A DNA stretch of 64,000 nt. Source: Alphaproteobacteria bacterium. Its GTDB lineage: Bacteria; Pseudomonadota; Alphaproteobacteria; RF32; CAG-239. The stretch covers positions 5,963 to 69,962 of the forward strand of contig JAGAZZ010000008.1 in NCBI GenBank assembly GCA_017939155.1, in the 5' to 3' direction. Shown in pieces: positions 63,184 to 64,000 of the stretch. Below the pieces are notes generated by a model. The model was not told the origin of the DNA and did not search any database. It worked only from the letters and a program-made list of their open reading frames with translations. The translations under genes and the position numbers were made by a program. Within the stretch, counting starts at the first letter, position 1. Each line of letters opens with the position of its first letter.

Positions 63184-63936
63184 TCAATGATTGTGCTTTT
63201 GCGCGCCCCCATTCCCTAACTCTTGACATTTACACTCTATCCTCTCTTCCAACGCCGCCATAAACTCCTTCTTCGACCCATAATCAGATACCCTCATCGG
63301 CGCCATAAATTCAAACGTCACCACACCGGGCTTTCTTAAAAACGCCCCCTTGGACCAACACAAATCAGAATTAAGCGCCACCGGCACAACCTCTTGCTTT
63401 AACCCCTCGGCCAAAAACACAATACCGGACTTATAGCCCTTAACCTGCCCGTGTTTACATCTTGTCCCTTCGGGGAAAATAATAATTGAACGCCCGTTTT
63501 TCACTCTGTCAAGCGCCGCTTTCAACATTCCTTTCATCGCTTTTGCGCCGGCGCCCCTGTCCACCGGAATCATTCCGTAAAGCGCCTGTCCCCACCCAAA
63601 CAGCGGAATATAAGTCAGCTCTTTTTTCAAAACAAACACCGAGTTTGGAATAATATGCGTGTAAGCATACGTTTCAAACGCCGATTCGTGCTTGGAGGCA
63701 AAAATAACTCCCGGCTTAATGTATTCTTCCCCCTTAACCACAATTTTAATCCCTGTAAGCTTAAGCATACCGCCCCAAATCAGCGGATGAAGCCCCTTGT
63801 CCCACATCTTAATCATCGCTTTTCGTGAAAAAACACCAACCAAGATGCACAAGCTAAACCCCACCGCCTGCACCGGATAAAAATATAAATTAGCCACCAA
63901 AGAACGCAAAAAAAGTCCGATATTTTTCATACTCAT
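63184..63936 (-). CDS. plsC: 1-acyl-sn-glycerol-3-phosphate acyltransferase
   Basis: N-terminal TM, a KHESAFE (HX4-acidic) block, and FPEGTR. Confidence 0.85.
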   Translation of the reverse strand: MSMKNIGLFLRSLVANLYFYPVQAVGFSLCILVGVFSRKAMIKMWDKGLHPLIWGGMLKLTGIKIVVKGEEYIKPGVIFASKHESAFETYAYTHIIPNSVFVLKKELTYIPLFGWGQALYGMIPVDRGAGAKAMKGMLKAALDRVKNGRSIIIFPEGTRCKHGQVKGYKSGIVFLAEGLKQEVVPVALNSDLCWSKGAFLRKPGVVTFEFMAPMRVSDYGSKKEFMAALEERIECKCQELGNGGAQKHNH

Positions 63937-64000
63937 AACCTCAAAATATGATATTGCAGATAAACTGCCAAAAACTTGGCATACTCCGCCGTTAAAAACC

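Overview
This 64-kb window looks like chromosomal DNA from a diderm bacterium of moderate to low GC (roughly 40% by eye). The evidence is kdsB, a 2022-aa autotransporter, many lipobox lipoproteins and a proteobacterial-type hfq-hflX pair. Ankyrin, LRR and MORN repeat proteins hint at a host-associated lifestyle.

Confidently recognised housekeeping genes are rnhA, lemA, thrS, rmuC, murG-like, kdsB, hflX, hfq, lysS, dnaJ, hemW-like, plsC, tRNA-Met(CAT) and tRNA-Ser(CGA).

The main result is an ~8.3-kb block of 22 tightly packed ORFs (36991-45329) that looks like a phage.
- It encodes an HTH replication-type protein, a small P-loop ATPase, a 287-aa capsid-size protein, many tiny membrane proteins, a tail-collar receptor-binding-type protein and a membrane-anchored SleB-type lysin.
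- It also carries a lipoprotein gene with its own promoter, and it has no integrase.
- It is bounded by a perfect 20-bp direct repeat. The right copy extends into a 28-bp dif-like XerC/XerD site and the left copy is degenerate.
- All six GGGCAGGG motifs lie on the + strand to its left, and all three complements lie to its right.

I therefore read the window as spanning the replication terminus, with a tailless-phage-like element inserted at dif (IMEX-style).

Other notable content:
- a phage late-gene fragment plus a tRNA 3'-end duplication at the left edge;
- a family of GC-rich mosaic intergenic repeats whose hairpins covary between copies;
- a Cys-rich 5 x 303-nt module array inside the autotransporter;
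- tandem promoter-gene-terminator lipoprotein cassettes with a gene-conversion tract;
- a divergent pair of APH-like kinases;
- a histidine-phosphatase gene interrupted by one in-frame TAA.

All calls rest on reading the sequence and recalling motifs. No database search was possible.
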